Origin: a virus
Taxonomy: Duplodnaviria; Caudoviricetes
Length of the DNA stretch: 64,000 nt
Reading direction: 5' to 3' (one strand)
IMG/VR virus record: IMGVR_UViG_3300021431_000086
Coordinates: 61,932 to 125,931 of that record
Shown: positions 1 to 10,300 of the stretch, in pieces
Numbering within the stretch: the first letter of the stretch is position 1
How the letters are laid out: every line of letters begins with the position of its first letter
The notes under the pieces: generated by a model
Seen by the model: only the letters and a program-made list of their open reading frames with translations
The model's database searches: none
Told to the model about the DNA's origin: nothing
Translations under genes and position numbers: made by a program

Positions 1-3000
1 GGGATAGGCACTTCTGCCGTCTGCTCCGAAGCATCGACTGTCACTTTGTAGATGTTCGGTTCTACATCAACGCTGACACTCTTTATGCCTCCCACCTCAC
101 TTGTGGATGCTGTCTTCAGGCTTATCGTAGAACCACTAATGCTTATACCATCACCTGCTGTAGGTGCAGGGGAATTAGTTTGTACATACTCCTTGACTCC
201 TTGCCATGTGGGTATCTCCTTGGCAGCGGCACTTGATGTTGCGGAAGGAGCACCTTTGACACTCCCCAATTGAACCACATCTACATCTGAGGTTCCTCCA
301 TTTGTTGCAATAGTGACCTTCTTGCCTTCTACAATGTTGTAAGTCTCGTTGTTGGAAACAGATGTGACAGACTGGGCACTCTTATCTGCCTTGCCACTTA
401 TGTCCTGAGCCGTCAGGTAAGTGTTATTGTCAACACTTCCATCTGCCTTTAGGAACTGGGAAGATGTGCCACCTGTTTTCTTGAATGAAGTGGCTTGAAC
501 TTGTGCAGGAAATGTGGCATTTTGAGAGGCATCAAAAGCATATATATGACCAGTCTTTGCCATAGTGGAAGGAGTTGCCCAACCTACTCCTCCGTATCCA
601 AATATTTTATAGATATATAGTCCTGATGAACTACCAGAATAGCCTGTGCATCCGAATATAAATTGCCACTCACCATATTGTGAGCCTTTAGTATTACCAT
701 AGGTAGCAGTCCCGACAATATTAATGACATTATATCCAGTCCAACCTGTGATAGGAACTTGGTCTGCTCGTGTAACCCATGTATCTACATTATTCTCATA
801 GTTCTGCTGGGTTCTGCAACGAATAGTACAATAACAGCCAGTAGAACCATTTGTTCCGACAAAGATGATAAACTTATTTAAGACGGTATATATTCCAGCG
901 GCACTTGTGTGAAGTGTCACACGGAGCATATAATCGGTAGAGCTACCTCCTGCTGTTGAACTCTTCCCGATGTAAAAGTTTCTACCAGAGGAGAACAATC
1001 CGACCTTCGCATCATCTGTGGCCTCATAGTCAAGCCAAGTTTCCCCACCATCAGTAGAATATGCGACAACAATGCCTGCAGCTTTGGCGAACATAGTTCG
1101 GGGTGCCCCAAGCTCAGCAACTAAAGCAGCATCAATTGGGCCATAGTTCCCAGCAAAGTTTTTGCCTCCCCACGCAAGATACGCTTCATATTGTGTAAGC
1201 TCTGAAGCATTAGCTAAGTTACCATTACCAAGTACTACTTGGTTAGCATTCCCTCCACTCGTTATAAACTTGGCAGCACTTACATGGTTACTATCATTAA
1301 TAGTCACACCACTATTCTGTAAATTTCCAGATGTGCCATCATATCTCGCGATAGCATTGTCAGTAGATGTTGTTGGCTTGGTTGGAGCCTTTCCCTCTAT
1401 GTATGCAGCAATAGCGGCACTATCTGCTATCTCTCCATTGCCACCTGGGTCTAACTCATCCCTAATGTCCGTTGGCTGTATGGCAGTAGAACCCTTGCTT
1501 GCACCACTGCGGATTTCATTCAAGTCGGATATGGTGTCTTGTTTGCCCGAAAGTTTAGTATTCAGGGCATACCATGAGGGAGCCACATAGGGCCGTTGCG
1601 CTGTACCTGGTGCATAGGAGGTGACGACTGTGCCAATGGAAACATTGTCAACCTTGACATCAGTCTGTCCATTAGCAGGAGTGCCTTCGCTTGACTCTGT
1701 TGCATCTGAGTTGTACTTTTCAAGTTCTACCTTCCCTACCGCCTGTGCCTGGTTGACCCACACCCTTATGGCACCTCCCTTGTAGTAAAACACAGGATGC
1801 TCCATGCGAAGCTCCACGGCAGTAGCACTATAGGCTATACCAAAATAGATGTATATCTTACCATCCTCAGTTGAGGGCAATGTCTGCACATAGGGAGTAT
1901 CAGCATCTATGATTGCACTACCATCACTCTGTGGGGTACACTTGATATAGACAGGCGCCTTTGTTGTGAGGGCAAGGGCAGCACCAGTTCTGTTGAAAGA
2001 GTAGCCAAGAGTGATGGCATACTGTTGCCATATAGCAGTGGCAGTCACATCGGCATTGGCGGCAAATGCAGAGGTGGAATGGCAGTACACAATAGGGCCG
2101 AATGGGTTGATTGGCCTCTGGTTCACAGCCTTTGCAGATGTGGCATTGTTGGTAGAATCCACACTTGAAGGAACCCAATGAGTGTTGTCCGCAGAGGTAA
2201 AGAGCACCTTGTAATACCTGAAGGCATCAGTGGTCTTAAGAATACCATTGTTAGTCCTAAGTTGGTAGCCGATGGTATTGGTGTTGCTGTCATATCCCCT
2301 GTAACAGTCCCAGCACCCACCACTCACTCTTGTGCTGTTATAGACAAAGAGCATGGTATATGCCTTGTTGAAGATGGTGGTGTCCCTTGTAGCATCAGCA
2401 AGGTTGGTATATACAGGCTTTGCCCCAAGTCCGTTGATGTTCAGTGTAAACCCACTTGCACTTGTCACCACATCATTGGTAAGGTAACAGCACACACCAT
2501 CTTCAAGTTTAGTTATCCCTGCCACCGTAGCGGTGAATACAGTAGCCGTAGATGTAGAATCCACCTTCCCAAAGGGAATACTTGCCGTTCTCTTGGCCGT
2601 GAAGTTCGTAATGTCGATGTTATTCTGCACAACCGAGAAATCATTCTCATTGTACAGGAGGGAATAGTCCGAGATACAGAACACAAAATCTCCCGCCTCA
2701 CAGACCTTGCCAGCATAAGTTCCTGCTGTCCCAACTGCCCAGTACCATCCTGCCTTATATGAAGTGAGGTTGCTTAACTGTGAAGGTGATGTCAGTGTCC
2801 CGTGGAATGTGGTAGCACCTACCTGTGCCGTCTGTATGGCACCTGCTACATAGTTGACTACATTGGAACATGTCGGGATAGCAGAATCCTCATTTGCCGC
2901 GCCAAATGCGTTGTCAACCGCTGTGTCCATGATAAACGTAGCACTCGACGGGCCAGATGGCGTGTCTATCTGTATTGTCTTCGTCGGCAAGGTGGAAGAA

Positions 3001-3119
3001 CCATTCGCTATAAACTGATTCTTCTTGTCCGACTTATCTTCAAGCAGGGTAGTTATCCTGCTCCACAGCCATCCGAGACTGATTTTTCCAAGAAAACGAT
3101 GTCCACTTGTATCTCCCAT
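1..3119 (-). CDS. Tail fibre / receptor-binding-like protein, >1039 aa, runs off the left edge (not in ORF track)
   Basis: Hand translation from ATG 3119: MGDTSGHRFLGKISLGWLWSRITTLL...YKAGWYWAVGTAGTYAGKVCEAGDFVFCISDY...GFTLNINGLGAKPVY... The same frame is open at ~2600 and at 59-3 (PNIYKVTVDASEQTAEVPI). Thr/Ser/Gly-rich, in tail context. Confidence 0.8.
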   Translation of the reverse strand, partial: MGDTSGHRFLGKISLGWLWSRITTLLEDKSDKKNQFIANGSSTLPTKTIQIDTPSGPSSATFIMDTAVDNAFGAANEDSAIPTCSNVVNYVAGAIQTAQVGATTFHGTLTSPSQLSNLTSYKAGWYWAVGTAGTYAGKVCEAGDFVFCISDYSLLYNENDFSVVQNNIDITNFTAKRTASIPFGKVDSTSTATVFTATVAGITKLEDGVCCYLTNDVVTSASGFTLNINGLGAKPVYTNLADATRDTTIFNKAYTMLFVYNSTRVSGGCWDCYRGYDSNTNTIGYQLRTNNGILKTTDAFRYYKVLFTSADNTHWVPSSVDSTNNATSAKAVNQRPINPFGPIVYCHSTSAFAANADVTATAIWQQYAITLGYSFNRTGAALALTTKAPVYIKCTPQSDGSAIIDADTPYVQTLPSTEDGKIYIYFGIAYSATAVELRMEHPVFYYKGGAIRVWVNQAQAVGKVELEKYNSDATESSEGTPANGQTDVKVDNVSIGTVVTSYAPGTAQRPYVAPSWYALNTKLSGKQDTISDLNEIRSGASKGSTAIQPTDIRDELDPGGNGEIADSAAIAAYIEGKAPTKPTTSTDNAIARYDGTSGNLQNSGVTINDSNHVSAAKFITSGGNANQVVLGNGNLANASELTQYEAYLAWGGKNFAGNYGPIDAALVAELGAPRTMFAKAAGIVVAYSTDGGETWLDYEATDDAKVGLFSSGRNFYIGKSSTAGGSSTDYMLRVTLHTSAAGIYTVLNKFIIFVGTNGSTGCYCTIRCRTQQNYENNVDTWVTRADQVPITGWTGYNVINIVGTATYGNTKGSQYGEWQFIFGCTGYSGSSSGLYIYKIFGYGGVGWATPSTMAKTGHIYAFDASQNATFPAQVQATSFKKTGGTSSQFLKADGSVDNNTYLTAQDISGKADKSAQSVTSVSNNETYNIVEGKKVTIATNGGTSDVDVVQLGSVKGAPSATSSAAAKEIPTWQGVKEYVQTNSPAPTAGDGISISGSTISLKTASTSEVGGIKSVSVDVEPNIYKVTVDASEQTAEVPI

Positions 3120-3123
3120 GACC

Positions 3124-3705
3124 TCACACCTCAACAAAATCCATTAATAGAATATCCATATCCGTCCCTCTCTCGCGAATCTTCTTGTTGTTAAATCTCG
3201 CGTATAGAAGGGGGCACCAGTCATCAAGAATCCTTGGAGAGCATACGGAGGCATATCTCTCTTCGCAGGACGGCTTGTAGGCGAAGTCGTAGTCAACCTC
3301 CCAGTTGTAGAGGTTGCGGCCAAACCAGAATGTGATGTTCGGATAAGACTCTTCAAGCGCCTTGCACCATTGCGCAAAGAGCTTCCTCGACTCCGCCGTG
3401 CAATCCTTCCGGCTGCGTACATCATGCACAACGCGGACAACGGTGTCCCCCTTGTAGTCAAGCCATTGGAGACTCCCCTGTATGTCATACAGTGTGCCAT
3501 AGTCAAAAGCATTATGCACGACATGCGGCTCACCGCCTATGGACTTCAGACGGAGGTCGAAGCAACGGACACCATGTGCATACTGCGCTCCAATAGCCAG
3601 GTTCTGACACCGGGCCGTGAAAGCAATCATCCTCTGCCACCGTTTTTGGGGTGGCAGGTAACTCCATGAGTTGTGACTTCCTAATATGTATAACTTCTTC
3701 TCCAT
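3124..3705 (-). CDS. PI-PLC-like (PLC-like phosphodiesterase) protein
   Basis: GSHNS (catalytic His), CQ..I..Q...GVRCFDLR and a second His in HVVHN, all typical of the PI-PLC X domain. Confidence 0.8.
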   Translation of the reverse strand: MEKKLYILGSHNSWSYLPPQKRWQRMIAFTARCQNLAIGAQYAHGVRCFDLRLKSIGGEPHVVHNAFDYGTLYDIQGSLQWLDYKGDTVVRVVHDVRSRKDCTAESRKLFAQWCKALEESYPNITFWFGRNLYNWEVDYDFAYKPSCEERYASVCSPRILDDWCPLLYARFNNKKIRERGTDMDILLMDFVEV

Positions 3706-3706
3706 G

Positions 3707-3904
3707 TTAAAACCCGCAAACGTCTATAATGTCCTGATACGTCAGCTCTGATACATCCTGTAGGTCTCCCATTGTGTCAAGCATGTCCTTGTGTTCGGAC
3801 ACCTCTGTGCCAAGCGCATTCCACTCTTCAGCGGCAATCTGGTAGGTTGTGTCCGTTACTGGCCGCCTATTAATCTTGTGAAAGTTAATCTCATTGTAGT
3901 CCAT
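3707..3904 (-). CDS. Small hypothetical tail-module protein
   Basis: 65-aa ORF tightly packed between tail genes. Confidence 0.65.
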   Translation of the reverse strand: MDYNEINFHKINRRPVTDTTYQIAAEEWNALGTEVSEHKDMLDTMGDLQDVSELTYQDIIDVCGF

Positions 3905-3908
3905 AGTG

Positions 3909-6900
3909 TCATGTAGTTATGTCGTCAAGCCCAAGAGTATATCTATCATAGTAGCCACGAGTAGTTGAAGAAATAGACCATGCAATAATTTTAGTGCCAT
4001 TATCGTCAAACTCCTTACATTCAAGAGTTATATAATCCGTCGTCGGAATTGGGTCGCCGACAAAGTATGCTTCTTCTGGATTTACATTGTTTATGGTGTT
4101 CGCATTTTCAACTTCCTCATAAATTCCACGAATATATAATGCTGGGCCGCCCTTTACGGTTGAACTTCCTGTATATGCAGATGCACCATAAAAAGACAAT
4201 GTTATTTTAGTTCCGAGCAATTCCCGTGCATCATTAGCCATTTCCCCAATAAATTTGTTTAGGTAATGAATCCAATCGGGATTATTAAGTACATTCTCTC
4301 CATCGGCCGTATGATAAGTTTCGTCATATAACATTGTTCCTACATTAGATGACCCACCGTATGAAGCAGTTATGTCCGATTTGAAATTTCTATATAATCC
4401 AAGTCCATTGTAGGACACATTATTCTCTTTCGATGGAAACCAAGACATATATTGAGAACGCCCATAAATATCATTTGATAGGGGTATAAAGAATGGAAGG
4501 TTTATATAGAAGTCTCCTGAAACTTGACCATTAAAGTCTGCATAATCTTCTACTGGTAAACCATCGTCTAAATACCCGTACCCCGTTGGGAATACATATA
4601 CATCGCCTTTATATAATGTTCCAGAACCGCTATAATAATATTGATTCCCATCTGGTGTCGCATAAAAGGCAAAACTTTGTCCAAGATTTTTATATTGTAT
4701 AGTATTCTCATATTCCCCCGTCCATGCACTAACTTCCCTCTTCGTAAAGTCTTTTATATTAAACTCATGAAGAATAGTAGTCTTATGGGTAACAAAACCG
4801 CTAAAATTTCCTTTCATTGCATCCACCGTGCCATCGGCAAACACCTTGAAGGTGGCGCTGTCGGCATCCTGCCCACCGCTCCACAGATAATACTGTTTGC
4901 CATCGCCGTCCACACGGTTGCCCATTCCGGCGAGGACAGTTCCGAGGTTGTCCGTAATCACAAAGTTAGAGCCTGTGAGCATCCGTATGTAGGCATTCTG
5001 GGCAATGAGGTAGGTGAAGAATGCGCTGAGCGCATTGACAGAGATGGGCTGGAACGGAGCGCGTGTCAGATTCAGGTCTCCGGCAAGCGTCCCACTGCCC
5101 GTTGTTGTGAGATATTGAGTCAATTCCCCAGGTGTCAGGAAAGTAGCCGCCAAGTCCAAGTCGCTGTCGCTCTGATAATGGAACCCGTAGATGCACTCAT
5201 ACGCCATGTAGCCGCTCTGTACCAAACTCTGCGGATAGCCAACAACGATGTAGTCTTTATATCTCACGGCGACGGCAGTCTCAGTCCCGTCAAAGAAGTT
5301 CATGCCATTAGGAATGACATTCTGATGCACGCGGACAACGGGGCCAGCAAGCCCCTTGTCTCCCTTGTCACCCTTGTCTCCCTTTGCCGCCTTGATAAGT
5401 GGAATCTCCTTCTTGATGAGGTAGGTGTCCACCATCTCGTCAGGATTGGAGGCGTTGATACTTGATGCTGCGAACAGCTCCACTACATCAACCGAACTCT
5501 CAATCTCCCTGTAGGGCATGGAGAAGATAGCAAGGTTTGCACCGTTGAAGAGCAGTGTTCGCGTGTCACCCGTCCGCTTATACACCCGGCAATAGCATGG
5601 GAAGGCAGCGCGGACACCGCCGTTGTCGGTATAGAATCTGATGGAGCCGCCAAACTCTCCCTTGTCAGTCGCCGTGTCTATGGCGATGTAGTCCTTCTCC
5701 GTCTGGCAGATGTAGTTCACGCCCGTCTCACCATACACACCGATGACGTGTGGAGCTTCTGTCTCTTTGACTCCATCTGGCAAGATGGCATCCTCGTAAT
5801 GATCCCCGATATCGTCTATCGTCCCGTCGATTAGAATGGGATATTGTAGCGTCTTGCGCCACATGTAAGGGCGGAACTCGTTAAAGAAGTATGCGCTTTC
5901 TTCGTTGGAAAAGAAAGACTGGTCCGGGTTCCAGTACACAAGCTCCGCGCCCATTCCAACACCGCCTTCATTCAGATCCTTTGTTTCGCTTGTCGTATAA
6001 TAATGTATGTCTCGTGTTGCCGGAATGAAATTGACGGTCACAATTGCAAGTTCCACATTTGTATTATTGACAACCAGATGTACATTAAGACTCTTCCGAG
6101 ATGCAAATGCGGTGATAGGAAGAACTGCTTTTCCGGTGGTTGCGCCGGAGAAAACAAGCGGAGTGTCATCGCTACTATCCTCGCTGTCAACGGGATCATA
6201 GAAAAGTGCAAGGCCGGCCGTCCTGAACCATGCCTCATTAATATAGAATACACTTCCGTCCTGGGCAATAGAGCGGATAAAGATGTTGATATTGTTTTCC
6301 GGGATATATCTTCCAGAGGTGTCGTCGTAGCTTACGGTCCCCGAGGATAGTTCAATCTCGAATTTTTCCTTTGTCTCGGCAATTATAGTAATGGTGCCTG
6401 TGGCAATTGTGGAAAAACCGGTAATCTCCGACTCGTCGGCAACGCATGCTGATATATAGAATGTTGCAGAAACAGAGGCCGAGAAGTCGTCGGTTCCGGA
6501 ACTGCCAGCCTCATGCTTCAGCTCTATGCTATCTGTAAATCCATTAGCCTTACTTGCGTTCCACTGGTTGTCCGTGTTTGTATTGCCGGTATTCCTTGTA
6601 ATCATCCAGCGGTCAACACTCGTAGTTGCTGCCTCGTCAAATCCTTTTATCAGAACCGGACTAAGAATGATACTCCCCCCCCATCTCAGGTATGGAACGC
6701 CTGCATCCATGCCCTCACTTCGTATTTCCACGCGCAGCGGCAGAGAGTCGGGGTCAAGGCTCCATTCCTTGTTGTACTCGTCTGTGCCAAGTATTCCCGT
6801 GTCAAGGTTCACGGTACGCAGGTTGTTTTCTGGAAGACTGACCTCCCCCATGCGGACATACCAGTTGTCAGGGTCTATTGTGCCGTAATAATCCCTGCTC

Positions 6901-7238
6901 TCGCCGTCGGTGGTTACGCATGGGTATTTGTCCGTCCACTTCGACCCTCTCATCTCCATCGGCGCAAATACCAGGTAGGCATTGCTATTGTCGGACTTTG
7001 AGAGGCGGGCATAGATAGTGTAGGGCTTCCCACTTTCCGCCAATCTTCTGTTGCGTCCTTTCAGTGTCCACTCCTGATATGTGCTATCCACCATACCAAT
7101 ACCCGCGCGTCCAGACCACACCTTGATTTTGGCGCCATTCGCTATGTACACAGACAAATCGTTGTAAGAGTTGTTGGAGTTGGGCGTGATACTGATTGCG
7201 GATGGGGCTATATAGTGAACTGGTGATGTGCGTGGCAT
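3909..7238 (-). CDS. Large tail/baseplate-fibre protein with short collagen-like segment and AT-rich variable C-terminus
   Basis: ~1109 aa from ATG 7238 after an A-rich leader; KGDKGDKGDKGLAGP repeat; beta-rich; composition shift below ~4800. Confidence 0.7.
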   Translation of the reverse strand: MPRTSPVHYIAPSAISITPNSNNSYNDLSVYIANGAKIKVWSGRAGIGMVDSTYQEWTLKGRNRRLAESGKPYTIYARLSKSDNSNAYLVFAPMEMRGSKWTDKYPCVTTDGESRDYYGTIDPDNWYVRMGEVSLPENNLRTVNLDTGILGTDEYNKEWSLDPDSLPLRVEIRSEGMDAGVPYLRWGGSIILSPVLIKGFDEAATTSVDRWMITRNTGNTNTDNQWNASKANGFTDSIELKHEAGSSGTDDFSASVSATFYISACVADESEITGFSTIATGTITIIAETKEKFEIELSSGTVSYDDTSGRYIPENNINIFIRSIAQDGSVFYINEAWFRTAGLALFYDPVDSEDSSDDTPLVFSGATTGKAVLPITAFASRKSLNVHLVVNNTNVELAIVTVNFIPATRDIHYYTTSETKDLNEGGVGMGAELVYWNPDQSFFSNEESAYFFNEFRPYMWRKTLQYPILIDGTIDDIGDHYEDAILPDGVKETEAPHVIGVYGETGVNYICQTEKDYIAIDTATDKGEFGGSIRFYTDNGGVRAAFPCYCRVYKRTGDTRTLLFNGANLAIFSMPYREIESSVDVVELFAASSINASNPDEMVDTYLIKKEIPLIKAAKGDKGDKGDKGLAGPVVRVHQNVIPNGMNFFDGTETAVAVRYKDYIVVGYPQSLVQSGYMAYECIYGFHYQSDSDLDLAATFLTPGELTQYLTTTGSGTLAGDLNLTRAPFQPISVNALSAFFTYLIAQNAYIRMLTGSNFVITDNLGTVLAGMGNRVDGDGKQYYLWSGGQDADSATFKVFADGTVDAMKGNFSGFVTHKTTILHEFNIKDFTKREVSAWTGEYENTIQYKNLGQSFAFYATPDGNQYYYSGSGTLYKGDVYVFPTGYGYLDDGLPVEDYADFNGQVSGDFYINLPFFIPLSNDIYGRSQYMSWFPSKENNVSYNGLGLYRNFKSDITASYGGSSNVGTMLYDETYHTADGENVLNNPDWIHYLNKFIGEMANDARELLGTKITLSFYGASAYTGSSTVKGGPALYIRGIYEEVENANTINNVNPEEAYFVGDPIPTTDYITLECKEFDDNGTKIIAWSISSTTRGYYDRYTLGLDDITT

Positions 7239-7252
7239 TCTTTTTTTAAATG

Positions 7253-7330
7253 CAAAATAAGCGACGAAGTGGGTGCCGGTCAAGGGCAAGCCTCTGCCCT
7301 TGACCGGCGAACATTGGTGAGATAAATTTG
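7253..7330. promoter_or_regulatory. Back-to-back divergent late promoters
   Basis: Perfect 14-bp inverted repeat 7275-7288/7295-7308, each arm containing TGCCCTTGA. -7 boxes TAAATTTG (7323-7330, +) and TTATTTTG (7260-7253, -) lie at identical spacing. Confidence 0.7.
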
Positions 7331-7381
7331 TTCTGTGCCGATAATGTATATCGGCATGAAAGAATAACGACTAATTCGTAT

Positions 7382-10300
7382 ATGGAACATCTTTCTCTCG
7401 AGATATTCGACCGCGAAGGAACGGGAAGTAAGTACGCCTGGCTGCCTGAGGATGCCAGCATCACCATCACCGACACCAGTGAGATATTCGCCAGCGGAGA
7501 TGTATGGTCGCATAGCTTTTCTCTGAATATTCCTGCCAATGTCCACATCTTCGGTACCAGCGGTGATCTGCATGGATCCCGTCTGCACGATCAAATCAAC
7601 AAACGAAAGGCACGGCTGTGGGTGGAAGGCTTACCGCTTTATATGGGTTATCTCATGCTGGACGATGAAGTTGACGTGGATGAGAACGGTAATGTTGACG
7701 TAAGGTTTGAGAGCGGCAATAAGACTTTCGATGAAATGATTAAGGGTACAAAAGCCAGGGAGGTGAGCGTCGGCGACGTGGTAATTGGCGTGGCACTGAA
7801 CCGTAAAAGAGTCGTAGGAATCAAAAGACCATGCGGAGTATTTAGGCTTGATGGCCTTGCTGCGTATGTGGCAAAGAATCATCACCATGAAGGGCTGGAC
7901 GGATATTTTTGTTATTTTAGTGTAGGGAAGTATGACGAATGGGTAAGAACCCCTTACGCTCAACGCTGGCCGAAACTTGTGAAAAGCCATGGAAATATAT
8001 ATGACAGCAATGGTATCGCTGAAAATAAGGATTATACTAATGTCCAGATGCCCTACGATGCAGGGCATCCGTTCTGTAATATCAACATCTGCTATCCATT
8101 AAAGGCAACGAAAATTACGGATGGACAGTCGGAGGAAGTTGCCGGTCGTGGCTATACCATTCGTCTTGCACATGGAACCGCAACCACTGATGGCGGAGAT
8201 CGCCAGACACGTTTCAACAACTCGCCCAATTTCTATCTGCTGCATTTTGTTGACAGACTTTTCAAAGACCTTGGAATACACGTCGCAGAAAATCAGGCCC
8301 TGAACGTGGAAGACCTGCGACGTGTATTTATGCTTAACTACGGTTGCCACTACGAAGAGATTGAGGATGAGTATGAAGATGACGAGATGGACAGCCATGC
8401 CACTCCGAGAAAGAAGGTTGGACGATATGGTCAGTTTTATTTGCCACTTATTCAAACCGGGTCAGGCCGTGCCGGTGGTTATCTGCCTGTAGCTGGATGG
8501 GAAAATGCAGGGAAGCAGGTTCTTGCGGACGAAGAAATAATAGGCAAGGCACTGTTGCGAGATTTGGTTTTAAAAGAGAGGGGCAGTGTCATTCAAAATT
8601 TTGGATCTGTTGAGTGCCGGATTGCAACAGCACAATCCAATATTCCATCCTTCCCGTTTGAAGGTGGGTTGCAGTTTGAACTTATAAAAGATGAGCATGA
8701 GGAGGAAACAGGCGGATACTCTGCCTACCTCGCTTATGCTACGGGGGAAAACTACCCAAATGTGGAGATAAGCGAGATTGTCAACGCCATGAAGTCAATG
8801 TTCGGCATACGCCTTATTTTCGATAGTGATTATTCAACAGTTCGCATAGTTCTGCTTCGCAACATACTCCGAAATAGCGATGTACAGCACATTAACTGCG
8901 ATGTCCTCCCTGCGATTAAACAAGAGAATAACATACGCGGTTTCCGCATGACATACGGGAAGGGAAGCGACAGCACGAGCTTCTATTATAAGGGGTTTGC
9001 CGACTTGTTCGTCCGAAGTGCAAAGATATGGAAGGACACAACCGACAAGCACGATTACTCAAAATGGAACCTTGATGCGGACTATGATATTATCAATTCG
9101 CAGGTTTCTGCCTTTAACAAGACATGCTATGTCACTCCGGTGAACGGAAATGCCTATGGTGTACAGGTCGATGAGGATGAAGATGTACTTTTCCCATCTC
9201 TGTTCGAGTGGGCAGGGTTTATGGATGCCGAGGACGGCGACTGTTCCGGAGCGGATGAAACCGTCGAGGAAATACAGTGTGTGGCTGCACCAGTTATAAT
9301 GAACGAAATTAATGGGACATACGCTTCGCTGTTCGACAGCGATCTGAAAGCACCGTCAGGCGCTGCGCAAAAGATAGGAACTTTTGCCAGGGCAACCTAC
9401 CAGCCTCAGGAACTTACGAACGAAACCGTGTATGCAGGAATGGACATTGCAAGTAACTATACGATATCTGGCAAGCTCGAAATATTCCTTAGCGAAGGAT
9501 TCCAGATCCGTATGCTTGACAACTACGCTATAAGCAACGGCGGCACTCCATTCGACGAGGCGGACCCCGGCCTGTGCTTTGGCATCATGCGCGGAAGCGG
9601 AAGCGATGCCCATGTGAGATATTATGAAGATCAGGATGACGGCGAAGAGAATGATGCGTGGGAAATCGTTCCCGGGAACGGGGCAATTGTACACCCGGAC
9701 ACCTGTGACAGCTACGGGAACGAGTGGGACTATGACGGGGCGACTGGCTATAAGCGTGTCTGTACCAGTCCTGCTGACGCGGTGGAGGCAATGTCTGCCA
9801 TGTTCCCTGATACACACTTTAGTCTTACCACCCGCTCATCCAGCACTTATATGACAGGATTTTTCCTTCCGGCCGTTACCGACAATACGGGAAAATCCCA
9901 CACTTTGCTCATGGCTGGAGCTACTAAGGACCAATCTCCATTGATGCCAGGCATCATGCGTCAACAATACATCAACGACCTACAGGGAAAGAGCATCGAG
10001 CAAATTCTTGAATGGGACACTAATCATTATAACCTACTCATAGAAACTGACAGTTCCAGAGAGAGGGCGCAGACGCTACTTAATCTGCAGAAACTGGCAT
10101 ACTCCAATGGAGGGCCAGTTACCGTGAGTGGTGGAACGGATGTGTCACAGGGACGTTTCTCCCTTAAGCTCCGGGCAGAAAAACTCAACCCGAACTTCGA
10201 TCCGAACAGACCTGAATACAGGACCGTTGAGACCAAGGCCGAAGCGGCAGAGACAATGACTGAAATGTTTGAAGGCTCCAACGCGGATTTACTGAATCGC

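Noticed and set aside
7275-7308. Invertible promoter or terminator
   Set aside because: The spacer is only 6 bp and there is no U tract; each arm matches the motif found singly at three other sites.
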